64,000 bases of DNA, taken from assembly GCA_951406725.2 (NCBI GenBank), contig OX597819.1:45074001-45138000 (forward strand), in the 5' to 3' direction. This document shows, in pieces, positions 12,646 through 25,595 of the stretch. Each line of letters begins with the position of its first letter. Positions within the stretch are counted from its first letter, which is position 1. Below the pieces are notes generated by a model. The model saw only the letters and a list, made by a program, of their open reading frames with translations. It searched no databases and was not told where the DNA came from. Made by a program: the position numbers and the translations under genes. This stretch comes from Octopus vulgaris. Taxonomy: Eukaryota.

Positions 12646-13792
12646 TATAGACATGTATATATATGTAAATATATATATATGTAAATATACATACATGCAT
12701 TTACATGTATATATATATCTATACTTGTATATATATGTGCATGTGTATATATATATATATATATATATACATATCTATATATATACATGTGTATATGTAC
12801 ATGAATATATATATCTATACTTGTATATATATGTGCATGCGTATATATATATATATATATACATACATATCTATATATATATACATGTGTATATGTACAT
12901 GAATATATATATAGGTATATATATACGTACATGTATGTATACATATATGTTTGTATATATATATGTGTATGTGTGTTTGTATTGGCGTATGTGTGCTTGT
13001 CCTCAAATCCTCACAGTTCCGCTGACAAGCGACATGGATACGTTTATATCTCTGTAACATAGTGGTTGGTTAAAATACCCCGAGGTAATAAATACCACAC
13101 TGATAATGCAAGCACCACCGGAGTCGATTTGTTCGACTAAAGCACTTCGGAGTGCTGCCCCCGCATGGGCATATTCCAGTGACTAAAATATTTTTAAAAG
13201 ATATGATTCATGTCATTTTGTGACTCACTGTCTCCTATAATTCAATGTTTTATTGTTGTTGTGCATAGTAAAAGGATTCCCGTTCAGGTGTCTTATTATA
13301 CACCATACTTGAAAGCGGGCATTTATACACCATATCTTGAAGAATGGTGGTCACGCGTATACTTGTGTGCCCGAATGTTAATGTTGACATCTGAATGGAG
13401 TAAACAATTAGATTCCCCGCAATTGTGTGTCGTTAGAGCAGGTCAATAAGTCAGCACAACGATTTTTCCGGCTTAAACTTTACATATATTTGAGTGTTAC
13501 ACTGAATAGGATAAAGTAAATATGTTTTCTAATGTGTAGTTTGTTTCTGTTACTTTGATGACTTTGTCATTAATTCGATTTTCGATTTTAATTAATTATT
13601 TCCATGTTAGTAACAATTTTTACATATCGTTTTATTTTAAAACATTCAAAACACTTTATGCCTGGGAAAACAACAAATATAAATCGATTATGTATTCTGA
13701 CGAGTAAAAAAAAATTATCCATATGATATATAATGTAATATGTAATATTGGTTAGTTGTGTTTTATATGTATGTATATATATATATATACTT

Positions 13793-13997
13793 ACTTTACT
13801 TTTATTTGTTTCAGTCATTTGACTGCAGTCATGCTGGAGCACCACCTTTAGTCGAGCAAATCAACCCCAGGACTTATTCTTTGTAAGCCTAGTGCTTATT
13901 CTATCGGTTACTCTTGCCGAACCGTTAAGTAACGGGGACGTAAACACACCAGCATCGGTTGTCAAGTGATGATTGGGTTACAAACACAGACACACAA

Positions 13998-14053
<56 letters not shown>

Positions 14054-14199
14054 GACAGGCTTCTTTCAGTTTCCATCTACCTAATCCACTCGGCCCGAGG
14101 TTATAGGAGATGACAATTGCCCAAGGTGTCACGCAGTGGGACTGAACCCGGAACCATGTGGCTGGTAATCAAGCTACTTACAACACAACCACTCCTTAC
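13793..14199 (-). mobile_element. SINE family A, near full length
   Basis: Reverse complement has an A-box-like GTGGTTGTGTTG and B-box-like GGTTCAGTCC, an internal (GT)n, and the tail GACTGAAACAAATAAAAG. Confidence 0.85.
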
Positions 14200-14214
14200 A
14201 TATATATATATATA

Positions 14215-15139
14215 TTTATTGTATCGTCTTCTAAGAGTTATACGTTCTTGTCCATGTTGTATTTTTCTACATACCTTAACATATATTCCAGGCGTCACGT
14301 ACCCTCTTAACATTAATGTGAGCTCATATTCTTAATAATTGGTACGACTCTTTGTTTGTCTCTCTCTCTCTCTCACTTTTACTTGATCTGTCCCCTTCTC
14401 TCTCTACTCATCCTCTTTTTCTCTTCTCTTTCCTCTGATTCTTTGGTCTAATCTTCCACTACCCTCCTATTTCTTTGTCTCGCTCTGCACTCACAGGTCA
14501 ATCTTCGACACCCATCCCTTCTCCTCTCTGATTCCTTCTTTCTCTCTCTTCTCTCTCTTTGTTGCGTTTGTCCCTCCTCTCTCTCTCTCCTCTCTCTCTC
14601 TCTTCCTTTGCTTCTCTTTCTTTTCTTTTCTCTCTTCTCTGTCACGTGACTGCTGGCCGAAATCTGCCTTTCAGCTTCTCACCAGCGTCGTGTTAACATC
14701 GTTGTTTTTCGTCCGCCGCTATAGGCATCGCCGTTAAGGCTCCTTTCCTTGCGCCAGAGAAAAAATTTGTTTGCTTGTTATCAGTCGTAAGACACTTGTT
14801 GTTGTTTTCACCGTTAATGCTTCTGTATTTCATGTTTCTGTATTCCATTATTGTTTTTTGTTTTTTTATATTCGTCCCTTTTGCTGTCCTGGTGTCCGTA
14901 TGCATTCGATCCTTCTTCCAGGAAATCTACGCTCCCAGCTTAGTTTTTCTAATGCTCGTTGCTTAGTTTTTCTTGGAGGGCTGGCCGTGATCTAGTAATC
15001 TCAAGATTAATCAGCCGAAATTACTACGATGATCCGGTTCTTGACTGAAGACTGAGGGTTTCGAATGTCCTGTCCGTGTTTATTGTATCGTCTTCTAAGA
15101 GTTATACGTTCTTGTCCATGTTGTATTTTTCTACATACC

Positions 15140-15143
<4 letters not shown>
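14215..15143. mobile_element. 864-bp non-coding unit plus 65-bp terminal direct repeat, inserted in (TA)n (pLTR-like)
   Basis: 14215-14279 equals 15079-15143; TA tracts lie on both flanks. Confidence 0.7.
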
Positions 15144-15200
<57 letters not shown>

Positions 15201-15204
15201 GTTT

Positions 15205-15421
15205 TTTTTATCCTTTATGTGTTTTAGCTATTAGATTGCGACCTTACTGTCGGACCGGCTTCCAGTGCTTAATCGAGCAAATCGATCTTAGTTCTTATTT
15301 TAATATCTGGTATTTTAATATCGTCGTCTTAAACCGAATCGCTAAGACTTAAACCAACACCGGATGTCGAGTGGGGGTTGAAAGATAGACACAAAGACAC
15401 AGACACGTATACATACACATG

Positions 15422-15494
<73 letters not shown>

Positions 15495-15652
15495 CGGGTT
15501 TCACACAGTTTCCAGGTAACACATTCTCTGATAAGGCCTTGGACAGATTGGGGATGTAGCAGAAGATATTTGTCCTTGGTGTCGAGCCGTAGGTCGGAAC
15601 CCGAAATGATGTGATTACAAAGCAAGCTTCTTAAGCACGCGTTAATGCCTGC
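15205..15652 (-). mobile_element. SINE family A, strongly diverged
   Basis: Same module order as 13793-14199 with an internal (GT)n. Confidence 0.65.
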
Positions 15653-15660
15653 ATGAATGG

Positions 15661-15698
15661 AAAAATATGGAACACTTCACAAATTTGCATATCATCCT
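15661..15698 (-). pseudogene. U6: U6 snRNA 3'-end fragment
   Basis: Reverse complement AGGATGATATGCAAATTTGTGAAGTGTTCCATATTTTT versus canonical U6 AGGATGACACGCAAATTCGTGAAGCGTTCCATATTTTT: four C>T changes, three at CpG. Confidence 0.85.
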
Positions 15699-15738
15699 AA
15701 TATACATATAATTATATATATAATATATAGATCTTTAA

Positions 15739-15771
<33 letters not shown>

Positions 15772-15773
<2 letters not shown>

Positions 15774-16236
15774 TGTAATAATTAAAATATATGCATACAT
15801 ACAAACATATATGTACGTATCTACATCTACATGTATATATATACATGCATATATAAATATATATACGTGTGTACAGGACACCACAAATAGACGTAGAACT
15901 CAATGAGAAACGAAAAAGTAAAAACGGCATGGAACGGACCATTTTTTAACAACGAAAAAACAGAATACAAGACAACTACACAAGGAAAAATCCCCTTCAT
16001 CAGCTGTCCCTAGTTCAACTCCAGCGTGTTTCGAAGGGACAGCTGATGAAGGGGATTTTTCCTTGTGTAGTTGTCTTGTACTCTGTTTTTTTCGTTGTTA
16101 AAACTTTTTCGTTTTTCCTTGAGTTCTACGTCTATTTGCGGTGTCCTGTACACACGTATATGCATGTATATATACATGTAGATGTAGGTGCGTACATATA
16201 TGTTTGTATGTATGCATATATTTTATTTATTACACT
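15772..16236. repeat. Long inverted repeat (foldback), arms ~200-240 bp, ~25-bp spacer
   Basis: 15772-16010 is the reverse complement of 16036-16236 with few mismatches and two indels. Confidence 0.9.
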
Positions 16237-16585
16237 ATTGTATGACTGAGCGTCCTCGCGTCGATTCGATTCGATTCGTTTGGTTTCGTTTCGTTTCTTC
16301 TTCTTCTCTAACCGGGTTATATATATATATATATATATATATATACAAATATATATATATATATTAATATATATACATACAAATATATATATATATATAT
16401 ATATATTAAATAATATATTTATAAGTATATATATAATTCATTAAAAAATTCATATGAAAATTAATATCATGTATGAAGTTATTTTTGGTTTTGCTTTTAA
16501 ACTATCGAGGAAAGAGAGCAATAGTGAAAATAGTTGAAGTTGTTCTAATACAATAAAAATAACAACTTAGAAGAATATATTAAGC

Positions 16586-16795
16586 GCCGTATTTGATGGC
16601 ATATGAGTCGCACTTATTTTTTAGATAAATTTCAAAGAACAAGAAACAAAATAACCACCTAGGAACTATAAACGAATTTTGGCCTCCCATAACCTAATTA
16701 TGCACCCCACCTCATACGCTCTCTTTCTTGAATATCCGTTGCTGAAATTGTGGTATTTATTATGTCCGTGCGTCGTTAATGTTACCAAATACGGC
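16586..16795. mobile_element. MITE with pogo/Tigger-like TIRs
   Basis: GCCGTATTTGATGGCATATGAGTCGCAC ... GTGCGTCGTTAATGTTACCAAATACGGC form imperfect terminal inverted repeats. Confidence 0.6.
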
Positions 16796-16867
16796 ACTTG
16801 CCGTATGGATATATTATTCAGTCTTCAGACCATCTGCGAATTATGTATCTTTTCTGTATAACCTAGT

Positions 16868-17178
16868 GGAGCGCGCGTGTCTTAGCGATTAGTTCAATCG
16901 GTTTACGATCGTAAGGTCGTGAGTACAGTTATCGGGTCGCGTTGTGTCCTTGAACTTGACACTTTAGTTTACGTTTCTCCAGCCCACTCAGCAACTAAAA
17001 ATGAGTAGCACCTGTATTTTGAAGGACCGGCTTTGTCACATTCTGTGTCACGCTGATTCTCACTGAGAGCTACGTTAACGTTACGCGTGCTCAGCCACAT
17101 GCATAACTTAACTTAACAAACTGTCTGTTCCATTGTTCGGATCATCAGGAATGCTCGTCGTAACCGACGAAGTGCCAC
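16868..17178 (+). mobile_element. tRNA-derived SINE family C
   Basis: CGATCGTAAGGTCGTGAGT head, TGTCCTTGA core, CGTCGTAACCGACGAAGTGCC tail. Confidence 0.75.
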
Positions 17179-17287
17179 TTAATAGAGTTACTATACCGGA
17201 AAATATAAAAAAAAAGAGACACTTTTTGCAAACAAAACATTTAAAAAATAAAAAGTGTGTGCAATAAATATCATAGTTACAAAAAGG

Positions 17288-17740
17288 GAAGCGAGCTGGC
17301 AGGACCGTAGCACGACGGGCAAAATCCTTAGCGGCGTTTCGGCTGTCTTTACGTTCTGAGTTCAAATTGCGGCGAGGTCGACTTTGCCTTTCATCCTTTC
17401 GGGGTCGATAAATTAAATGCCAGGTGTGTAATGGCGTCGATCTAATCGACTGCCCCCCCCCCCCTCCCCACCAAATTTCGAGAGTTGTGCCTTGAATAGA
17501 AAAGAATATATACTATAGTTACAAAAAATAGCAGGGAGCTGGCAGAACCGTTAGCACGCCGGGGAAAATCCTTAGAGGCATTTCGTCAGTTCTTACATTC
17601 TGAATTCAAATTCCGCCAAGATTGACGTTGCGTTTTATCCTTTCGGGTTTTCTATAAAATAAATATCAGATGAACACTTGGGTTTGTCGATGTTATCGAT
17701 TCACCTACTCCCTCAAAATTGATGGCGTTTTGTCAAAAGA
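17288..17740 (+). mobile_element. Two adjacent SINE family B copies (17288-17505, 17531-17740)
   Basis: Each starts GAGCTGGCAG..CCGT.AGCACG and contains (G/A)TTCAAATT and TCCTTTCGGG. Confidence 0.85.
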
Positions 17741-18088
17741 GAAAGGAAATGTTTGAAAGATGCCCAACTCTAGAAGTATTTAAAAGCTAACCCAATTCAA
17801 ACTCGACAATTACCTCATTGTTACATATAAATAGATCTGTAGCTCAACAAATACGATTTTCAGTTTATGAAAATCTCCCCATGGTCCTTAAAATAGATAC
17901 GAATATCTGAATATCTGTTCCTCTCAGTAATAAGACTGTATTTCACCGGACTGACGAAAAATAATGCAGGGTATTACAAACCAGCTGCGCGTAGAAAATT
18001 AAGAAAAAACTGATTTTAGTTAGCAAATCAGGTGCATCAATCTGTGAGAATTTATTGATGATCTATGTACATTTTTTTAACGTAAGTG

Positions 18089-18411
18089 AAGGTGTGTGGC
18101 TTAGTGGTGAGGGCATTCCACTCACGATCGTAAGGTCGTGAGTTCAATTCGCGGCGATGCGTTCTATCCTTGAGCAAGACACTTTATTTCACGTTGCTCC
18201 AGTCCACTCAGTTTGCAAAAAAGAGTTGTACCTATATTTCAAAGGGTCAGCCTTGTCACACTGTGTCACCGTGTCACGCTGAATCTCCCTGAGAACATTA
18301 AGGGTACACGTGTCTGTGAAGTGGTCAGCCACTTGCAAGTTAATTTCATGGGGAAGCTGTTCCGTTGATCGTATCAGCTGTGGCACTCGTCGTCGTAACC
18401 GACGGAGTGCT
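18089..18411 (+). mobile_element. SINE family C, full length
   Basis: TGGCTTAGTGG (A box) ... GAGTTCAATTC (B box) ... CCTTGAGCAAGACACTT ... CCGACGGAGTGC. Confidence 0.85.
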
Positions 18412-18540
18412 CCCCGTCTTCTGTATTAACGTAAACAAGATATATGAGCATTTTTTTTTCTGTAAATCGTTGAAAACAGAAACAAAGGGACAAACAGTTT
18501 TCAAAAATTAACAAATTATCTTGAAATTTGGCATTACATT

Positions 18541-18730
18541 GGTTTCAATTTTTTGCACAAGGCCAGCAATTTCAACCTCATTACTCAACTTGCCCTTATT
18601 TTATCCAACCTGAAAGGATGAAAAGCAAAGTCAACCTCCGCAGAATTCGAACTTAGAGTGTAAAGACTGATGAAATACAGTTAAGCATTTTGCTCGACCT
18701 TTAAACGGTCCCGCCAGCTCGCGCTGCCTT
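18541..18730 (-). mobile_element. SINE family B
   Basis: AAAGGATGAAAAGCAAAGTCAACCTC...CGCCAGCTCGC is the reverse complement of the family B head. Confidence 0.7.
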
Positions 18731-18993
18731 ATCAGCAATATATTCCCATCACTTTTATAACATGAGCATATGATGCCGATCCCTCAATTTGTGAAGCTGG
18801 TCCAGTATCAAGGAAACAGGAAATGTCTAATCTATTAGCAATTTACTGTGCAAGGCATCATCAACGTGGTGTCCTTAAAAACCTTCATGAGCAGCTGTTT
18901 TCACCTCTAGATTTTAGTAATTTTTCGATGTTAACATAACCAAAACTAGGGCTTTGAACTAGAGTATAATTATATTATTCTAGCAATTATGGT

Positions 18994-19364
18994 GGAGGCG
19001 AAATGGCTCAGTGGTTAGGGCAGAGAATTCGCGGTCGTAGGATCGCGGCTTCGATTCCCAGACAGGGCGTTGTGGGTGTTTATTGAGCGAAAACGCCTAA
19101 AGCTCCAAGAGGCTCTGGCAGGGAGTGGTGGCAAACCCTGCTGTATTCTTTCACCATAACTATCACTCACTATTTCTTCCTGTTTCTGTTTACCTGTATT
19201 TCAAAGGGCCAGCCTGTTCACATTCTGTGTTACACTGAATCTTCCCGTGAACTACGTTAAGGGTACACGTGTCTGTGGAGTGCTCTGCCACTTGCACGTT
19301 AATTTCAACGTTCCGTTGATCGGATCAACTGGAACACTCATCATCGTAGCCGACGGAGTGCCAC
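18994..19364 (+). mobile_element. SINE family C variant (different tRNA head, same 3' half)
   Basis: TGGCTCAGTGG...GCTTCGATTCCC head; 3' half CCTGTATTTCAAAGGGCCAGCC...CCGACGGAGTGCC is shared with 18089. Confidence 0.8.
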
Positions 19365-19429
19365 GATCAATTATGACAAAAAGGTAGTGATTATTTGGAA
19401 AATAACTTCTCCCAAATGGAATTCTTTTT

Positions 19430-20040
19430 AAATCCTTTTTTCCAGCTTTGTGCGGCACTCGCTCAAGTTTTATTTATAACTCATTAATACTAACAAATAA
19501 ATTGTGAGACTTTATGTCAATTTATTCGTCCACATGTGATTTTAACTGACATTTATGACAAGTTGAACGATCTGAGTTTGCAGCTATAAAGGAAATTTTT
19601 TGATTTAATGCAAAATATATATGCATTCAACAGCTTATAAGTAAAATTACTTACACATGCAAAATACGTTCTGTCACTTCTATAAGAAACCATCTCAGTT
19701 CTTTACAGATTACTACAGGTTCAGCGTCTATTTAGTATCCTCCTTGTTGATTTGACGTCAAATCAGTTTTGGCGATGACTGCAGCAAACAGAGAGTTTCT
19801 AAAAAAAAACTGACAAAGCATGTGTCTGCTTCAAGTCGTTACTTTAATTTTCCTTTTGAATATAATATAAAGGGGATTTATTTGTCCTATATAAATTCCA
19901 TAGAAACAAAATCACCGCTACAAGCATGACAGATTGTGGGTTAAAAATTATACCAAATGTCTATATAGTTTTTCTAGAGCAAAATAAGTAGTCCCCAGAA
20001 ATGTGGCACTCTTCACAGCTCGACTAAAGCTGGAGAGATT
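19430..20040 (+). mobile_element. hAT (Charlie/Buster-like) transposase remnant
   Basis: ~19542-19630 reads LTDIYDKLNDLSLQL*RK..FDLMQNIYAF, compared with L.DI...LN.LNL.LQG; TG(C/T)GGCACTC motifs occur near both ends. Confidence 0.45.
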
Positions 20041-21017
20041 GCTTACAATTTGAGAAAATCAAGATTGCAAAAGACGATTACAGTGGAATTTGGTAGAATT
20101 CGTGGGGATGCCCTATTGGTATTATGTGGTAGATTCTCAAGTATGTCTGACTGGGTGGCCCTTTATTATGTTTTCGTACCTTTTTTCATTATCTTGTATT
20201 CTGGAGAAAAGCGCTTTGCGAATGGTCTATCACTAGCTTTCATGTTGTGTAAAGTAGCCGATTCAGAGAGAAGTAAATAGAGAAAGAGAAAGAGAAAAAG
20301 AAAAGAATAAAGGGATCGAATAAATTAATCCGTGTGTTTGGCTGAAACTATGTGAAGGATATAAAGAAAGTCGATTTCAACAGGATTGAACGCAGAGCGC
20401 AGTTAACCGGACCAAATATCTCAAGGTACGGCATTCTATCCGATGCTCTATCGACGTTATGTCAATACACTGCCTGCATACCTTCCAACAAAATCTAAAA
20501 TTGAAAACCCAACTGTTATCAATTTATCTTTCATAACATCAAAGCGATAAAAAAAAAAAAACTAAGAGGAAATCCAGAGACCGAAGAATCCATTGTGTGT
20601 TATTATAAACGTTGAACGTCTATATACTGACACTTTGATAAATTTTTCTCTTTCATACTACTTAATATAGTGGCTTTCATTTTATTTCTAGTATATATTT
20701 TATTCCTTTGAATAAATTTAGAACGAGTAACGTATAAATATAATCGACTGACTCTTACTATATATTTCTTTATAAGAAATATATAAAAATAAAAAAGAAA
20801 ATTTGGCTCTGTGCCTAATCGAAATACATCAAAATTTGATTATATTAGGCGACGATATGGCAGACAGGAAAAAGATCCAGTTTCATAACTGTCTGATTTC
20901 AAATCATGCTGGTGGTCAAATTTCACCTTTCATTTCTTAAAAAGTCAATAAACTAGGCATTAGATATATAAACATACTAAAAGGCAATTCAATTGACTGT
21001 ATACACCACATTGCCTG

Positions 21018-21054
<37 letters not shown>

Positions 21055-21594
21055 GAAACCCACAACTAACGAATAGCAACAAGAAAAACTAAGTTTGTGC
21101 TTATGTAACAAATCAATATTTATTCTGTTCATTTGCTTGATTCATTATCTGATGATCTTTGTGCGCTTGCCAACTTGTTTGTTTGCTATGTTTCCTATTT
21201 GATTTCACGGATATCAATTAACGGTTTACCTTTTGTTAAGTGGAACTTTCTCTGTGATACTGATATTCAATGTAACAGGTGTTAGAAAGAAGAAGTAATA
21301 GTAACATACAAAAACAAAACAAAAAATTTTAAAGGCCTGGTTAGACTAGTGAGGGAGAAAGAGAGAGAGAGAAAAAGAGAGATGGGGGAGTGAAATAAGA
21401 CGTTTGATTATTAACGTGGGAGCGTGAACAAATATGTCTGTTTATTTGTACTAAACACTTGTATAATCTTGAGCATAAAGATAATAGAAAACAAATTCAG
21501 CAACAAACATACGCCTACGCCCGAATATAAACATGTGTGTATGCAAGTATGAATGTATGTAAAAGATGTCTACATATATGTGTGCGTGTTTGTG

Positions 21595-21640
<46 letters not shown>

Positions 21641-21642
<2 letters not shown>

Positions 21643-21900
21643 TGGCACTCCGTCGGTTACGACGACGATGGTTCCAGTTGATCCGATCAACGGAACAGCC
21701 TCCACAGACACGTGTACCCTTAACGTAGTTTACGAGGAGATTCAGCGTGACATACAGGCTGACAAAGTAAGCCCTTTGAAATACAGGTAGAACAGAAATA
21801 GGAAAAAAAGAGTGTGAGAAAGAAAGTTGAGGTGAAAGAGTACAGCAGGGTTCGCCACCACTCTCTGCCAGATTCTCGTGGAACTTTAGGTGTTCTCTAC
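21641..21900 (-). mobile_element. SINE family C variant, 3' part (repeated at 24389-24646)
   Basis: GGCACTCCGTCGGTTACGACG...ACACGTGTACCCTTAACGTAG is the reverse complement of the family C tail. Confidence 0.8.
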
Positions 21901-22515
21901 CAGATAAGTAAAAGCTAGATAACCAAAAACAATGAACGAAAGTGAAATATCGACTCCAAAAAGTGTAAAGTTGACCTTCGTGGTATTTGAGCCCAGAATT
22001 CAGTGAGTCGGAAAGGTAACAACCAGAAAGCAAAATATCTACCTCTCTGACAACTCGTCCAAATGACTGCCTATGAAGCTGAACTCAAATAAAGAGAAAT
22101 ACAAGAGAAACAAACAAAATTCTGTTGATAATTTTCGTAAGTCAATGATCTGAGATCAAATCTTGCTGGGGTCTATATTTTATATAACTTTTCTTCAGAA
22201 AGAAGCTCCATGATCATGAATTTTGCAAATGTTCCAAAACAGGTGTAACTGATAGGGTTAATACTACATTTGAGCTATTCCAAGTGGATGACCGCAGATG
22301 AGACATGCGGCAGAACAGGGGAGACATTTTTAAGTAATGGTGTTCTGTAAATACTTATTATTTCATGCGGCCTATCGTCAGAGGGGTCACAGTATAGGTA
22401 TCAAGACGATTACAAATGAGCAAGTAAAAAGTGTCTAAACAGATATCGAACAAGACTTGTTCACACACATACAGAAAAAAAACCTCTATGCAACCAAATG
22501 AATATGTATATGTGT

Positions 22516-22580
<65 letters not shown>

Positions 22581-22786
22581 AGTATGATGATAGTTATGCA
22601 TGTACGTATGTATGTATAAGTTTATACACACAGAGACACACAGATGCACACACGCACACACAAACACACACATATATACATATACATATATATGAGTGTA
22701 TTGTAGTTCGCATGAAGCATTGAGTATTGTTTGTAAAGAATAAAAAGTATTCAATGGTATAACAATGCACTATAATACATAAATAC

Positions 22787-22811
<25 letters not shown>

Positions 22812-22854
<43 letters not shown>

Positions 22855-24159
22855 ATAACACTCTAATGGGAGCCTTAACTCCCAAATTTTAGTCATTTCG
22901 TTTATGATCCAAACTAGGTCAAAAGTACTGAATGTATCTTTAGGAAATTTGGAAATTATATTCTATGCATAAGGGCCATAACCCCCATGACAATTCATAT
23001 ATTTTTGCTGTTGATGAAATTTTAACCATATATATTAGACACAAATGAAGTAATATTTATAAAATTTCATCTTCTTACAAAGTTAGAAAGACCCCTCCAT
23101 GCACAATTTTGTCATTTTATATAAGCAAAAACGAATACAGTAGTGCTCTTGGAAGCTGTAGGGTTACCCGATCATAAAAGTTGGGTAGTATTTCTAATTC
23201 AATGGTACAACAGTGTAACAGTTTGCTTTGACATACACTTACATTGTGATTTCTGCAATGTGTTGCATAAATTGTCAAGTAAATTAGAGGCATATTTGCC
23301 TCCACTGATTCAGTTGCAAAGTGTTGAGTAACTTTATTTGATTGCAGACCTCCTTTCAGTCTTTTTGTTATCACTCGGTCACACATAGTCCCCAGATGGT
23401 AACATTGATTTCAAGGCCTTGCCAGATGAGTGACTGATTATTCAAAGACATTTATAGATTTTAAATTTATCCAGTCCAGTTACGTATCAGCATAGTGGTC
23501 ATCTGCAAACTCCAGAGTTGTCACTTTAATTTCTCCTTAGCCCTCACGTCACATAGTTGTTAATGTTTATATCAGTTGGGTCACGCCGTTCCAATTGCTA
23601 TAGGTTTGTAATGCATCTTACGGCTGTGCCTGTCACCTGGATGGTTAGGAATCCTACATTGGGAGTGGTAACGACTAGGGCAGGGTAACTGACTGCTTAT
23701 TGTGATCATTTGTCTTTTGGTTCCCTGTAGCTTTGCTCTCTTTTACAACCCCAGTGAACATATATTTCCTATTTCAAAGAAATTCAAACAATAGATATAA
23801 GACCCAAGTTAAAAGATTTTCAACAATTTTACTTATCTGGTTGACATTAAGACGCCCACCCCCAACAGGGGCCTTAACTCTCACATTTTAGAGCTCCATG
23901 ACCTTCATTTTTCAGGAGCAAAATCTTTTTAACAGGTTCAATAAGACTGAAATTTTGGAATATGCGCATAAAAATCAGTAGTATGGGATACATGTGGCAC
24001 GATTACAATTTTTTAGGGTGTGTAAAGAGGGAAATAACCCTGATCTGCAATTTTGATGAAATTCGAAACATAGATATTCTAGTTCATTACAGAAGATATA
24101 ACAGAAAAGTCTAATTCTTCAATTGAATGTAACCGGGCAACGCCGGGTATCTCTTCTAG
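22812..24159 (+). mobile_element. Probable non-autonomous Helitron (3' end clear, 5' boundary uncertain); duplicated copy ends at 26900
   Basis: Ends with a CCGGGCAACGCCGGGT hairpin followed 7 nt later by CTAG|T, a classic Helitron 3' terminus. Confidence 0.65.
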
Positions 24160-24342
24160 TATATATATATATAATTAAGTTTTCTTACAAATTATATATA
24201 TAGATATATATAATTAAGTTTTTATATATTANNNNNNNNNNNNNNNNNNNNNNNNNNNNNNNNNNNNNNNNNNNNNNNNNNNNNNNNNNNNNNNNNNNNN
24301 NNNNNNNNNNNNNNNNNNNNNNNNNNNNNNNGCGTGTTTGTG

Positions 24343-24390
<48 letters not shown>

Positions 24391-25262
24391 TGGCACTCCG
24401 TCGGTTACGACGACGATGGTTCCAGTTGATCCGATCAACGGAACAGCCTCCACAGACACGTGTACCCTTAACGTAGTTTACGAGGAGATTCAGCGTGACA
24501 TACAGGCTGACAAAGTAAGCCCTTTGAAATACAGGTAGAACAGAAATAGGAAAAAAGAGTGTGAGAAAGAAAGTTGAGGTGAAAGAGTACAGCAGGGTTC
24601 GCCACCACTCTCTGCCAGATTCTCGTGGAACTTTAGGTGTTCTCTACCAGATAAGTAAAAGCTAGATAACCAAAAACAATGAACGAAAGTGAAATATCGA
24701 CTCCAAAAAGTGTAAAGTTGACCTTCGTGGTATTTGAGCCCAGAATTCAGTGAGTCGGAAAGGTAACAACCAGAAAGCAAAATATCTACCTCTCTGACAA
24801 CTCGTCCAAATGACTGCCTATGAAGCTGAACTCAAATAAAGAGAAATACAAGAGAAACAAACAAAATTCTGTTGATAATTTTCGTAAGTCAATGATCTGA
24901 GATCAAATCTTGCTGGGGTCTATATTTTATATAACTTTTCTTCAGAAAGAAGCTCCATGATCATGAATTTTGCAAATGTTCCAAAACAGGTGTAACTGAT
25001 AGGGTTAATACTACATTTGAGCTATTCCAAGTGGATGACCGCAGATGAGACATGCGGCAGAACAGGGGAGACATTTTTAAGTAATGGTGTTCTGTAAATA
25101 CTTATTATTTCATGCGGCCTATCGTCAGAGGGGTCACAGTATAGGTATCAAGACGATTACAAATGAGCAAGTAAAAAGTGTCTAAACAGATATCGAACAA
25201 GACTTGTTCACACACATACAGAAAAAAAACCTCTATGCAACCAAATGAATATGTATATGTGT

Positions 25263-25319
<57 letters not shown>

Positions 25320-25521
25320 AGTATGATGATAGTTATGCATGTACGTATGTATGTATAAGTTTATACACACAGAGACACACAGATGCACACACGCACACAC
25401 AAACACACACATATATACATATACATATATATGAGTGTATTGTAGTTCGCATGAAGCATTGAGTATTGTTTGTAAAGAATAAAAAGTATTCAATGGTATA
25501 ACAATGCACTATAATACATAA

Positions 25522-25595
<74 letters not shown>

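Noticed and set aside
18089-18160. tRNA genes in SINE heads
   Set aside because: A/B boxes are present, but there is no complete cloverleaf and each continues into a repeated SINE body.
22350-22390. Minus-strand CTGACGA-taggccgcat-GAAA
   Set aside because: Stems I and III cannot be formed.
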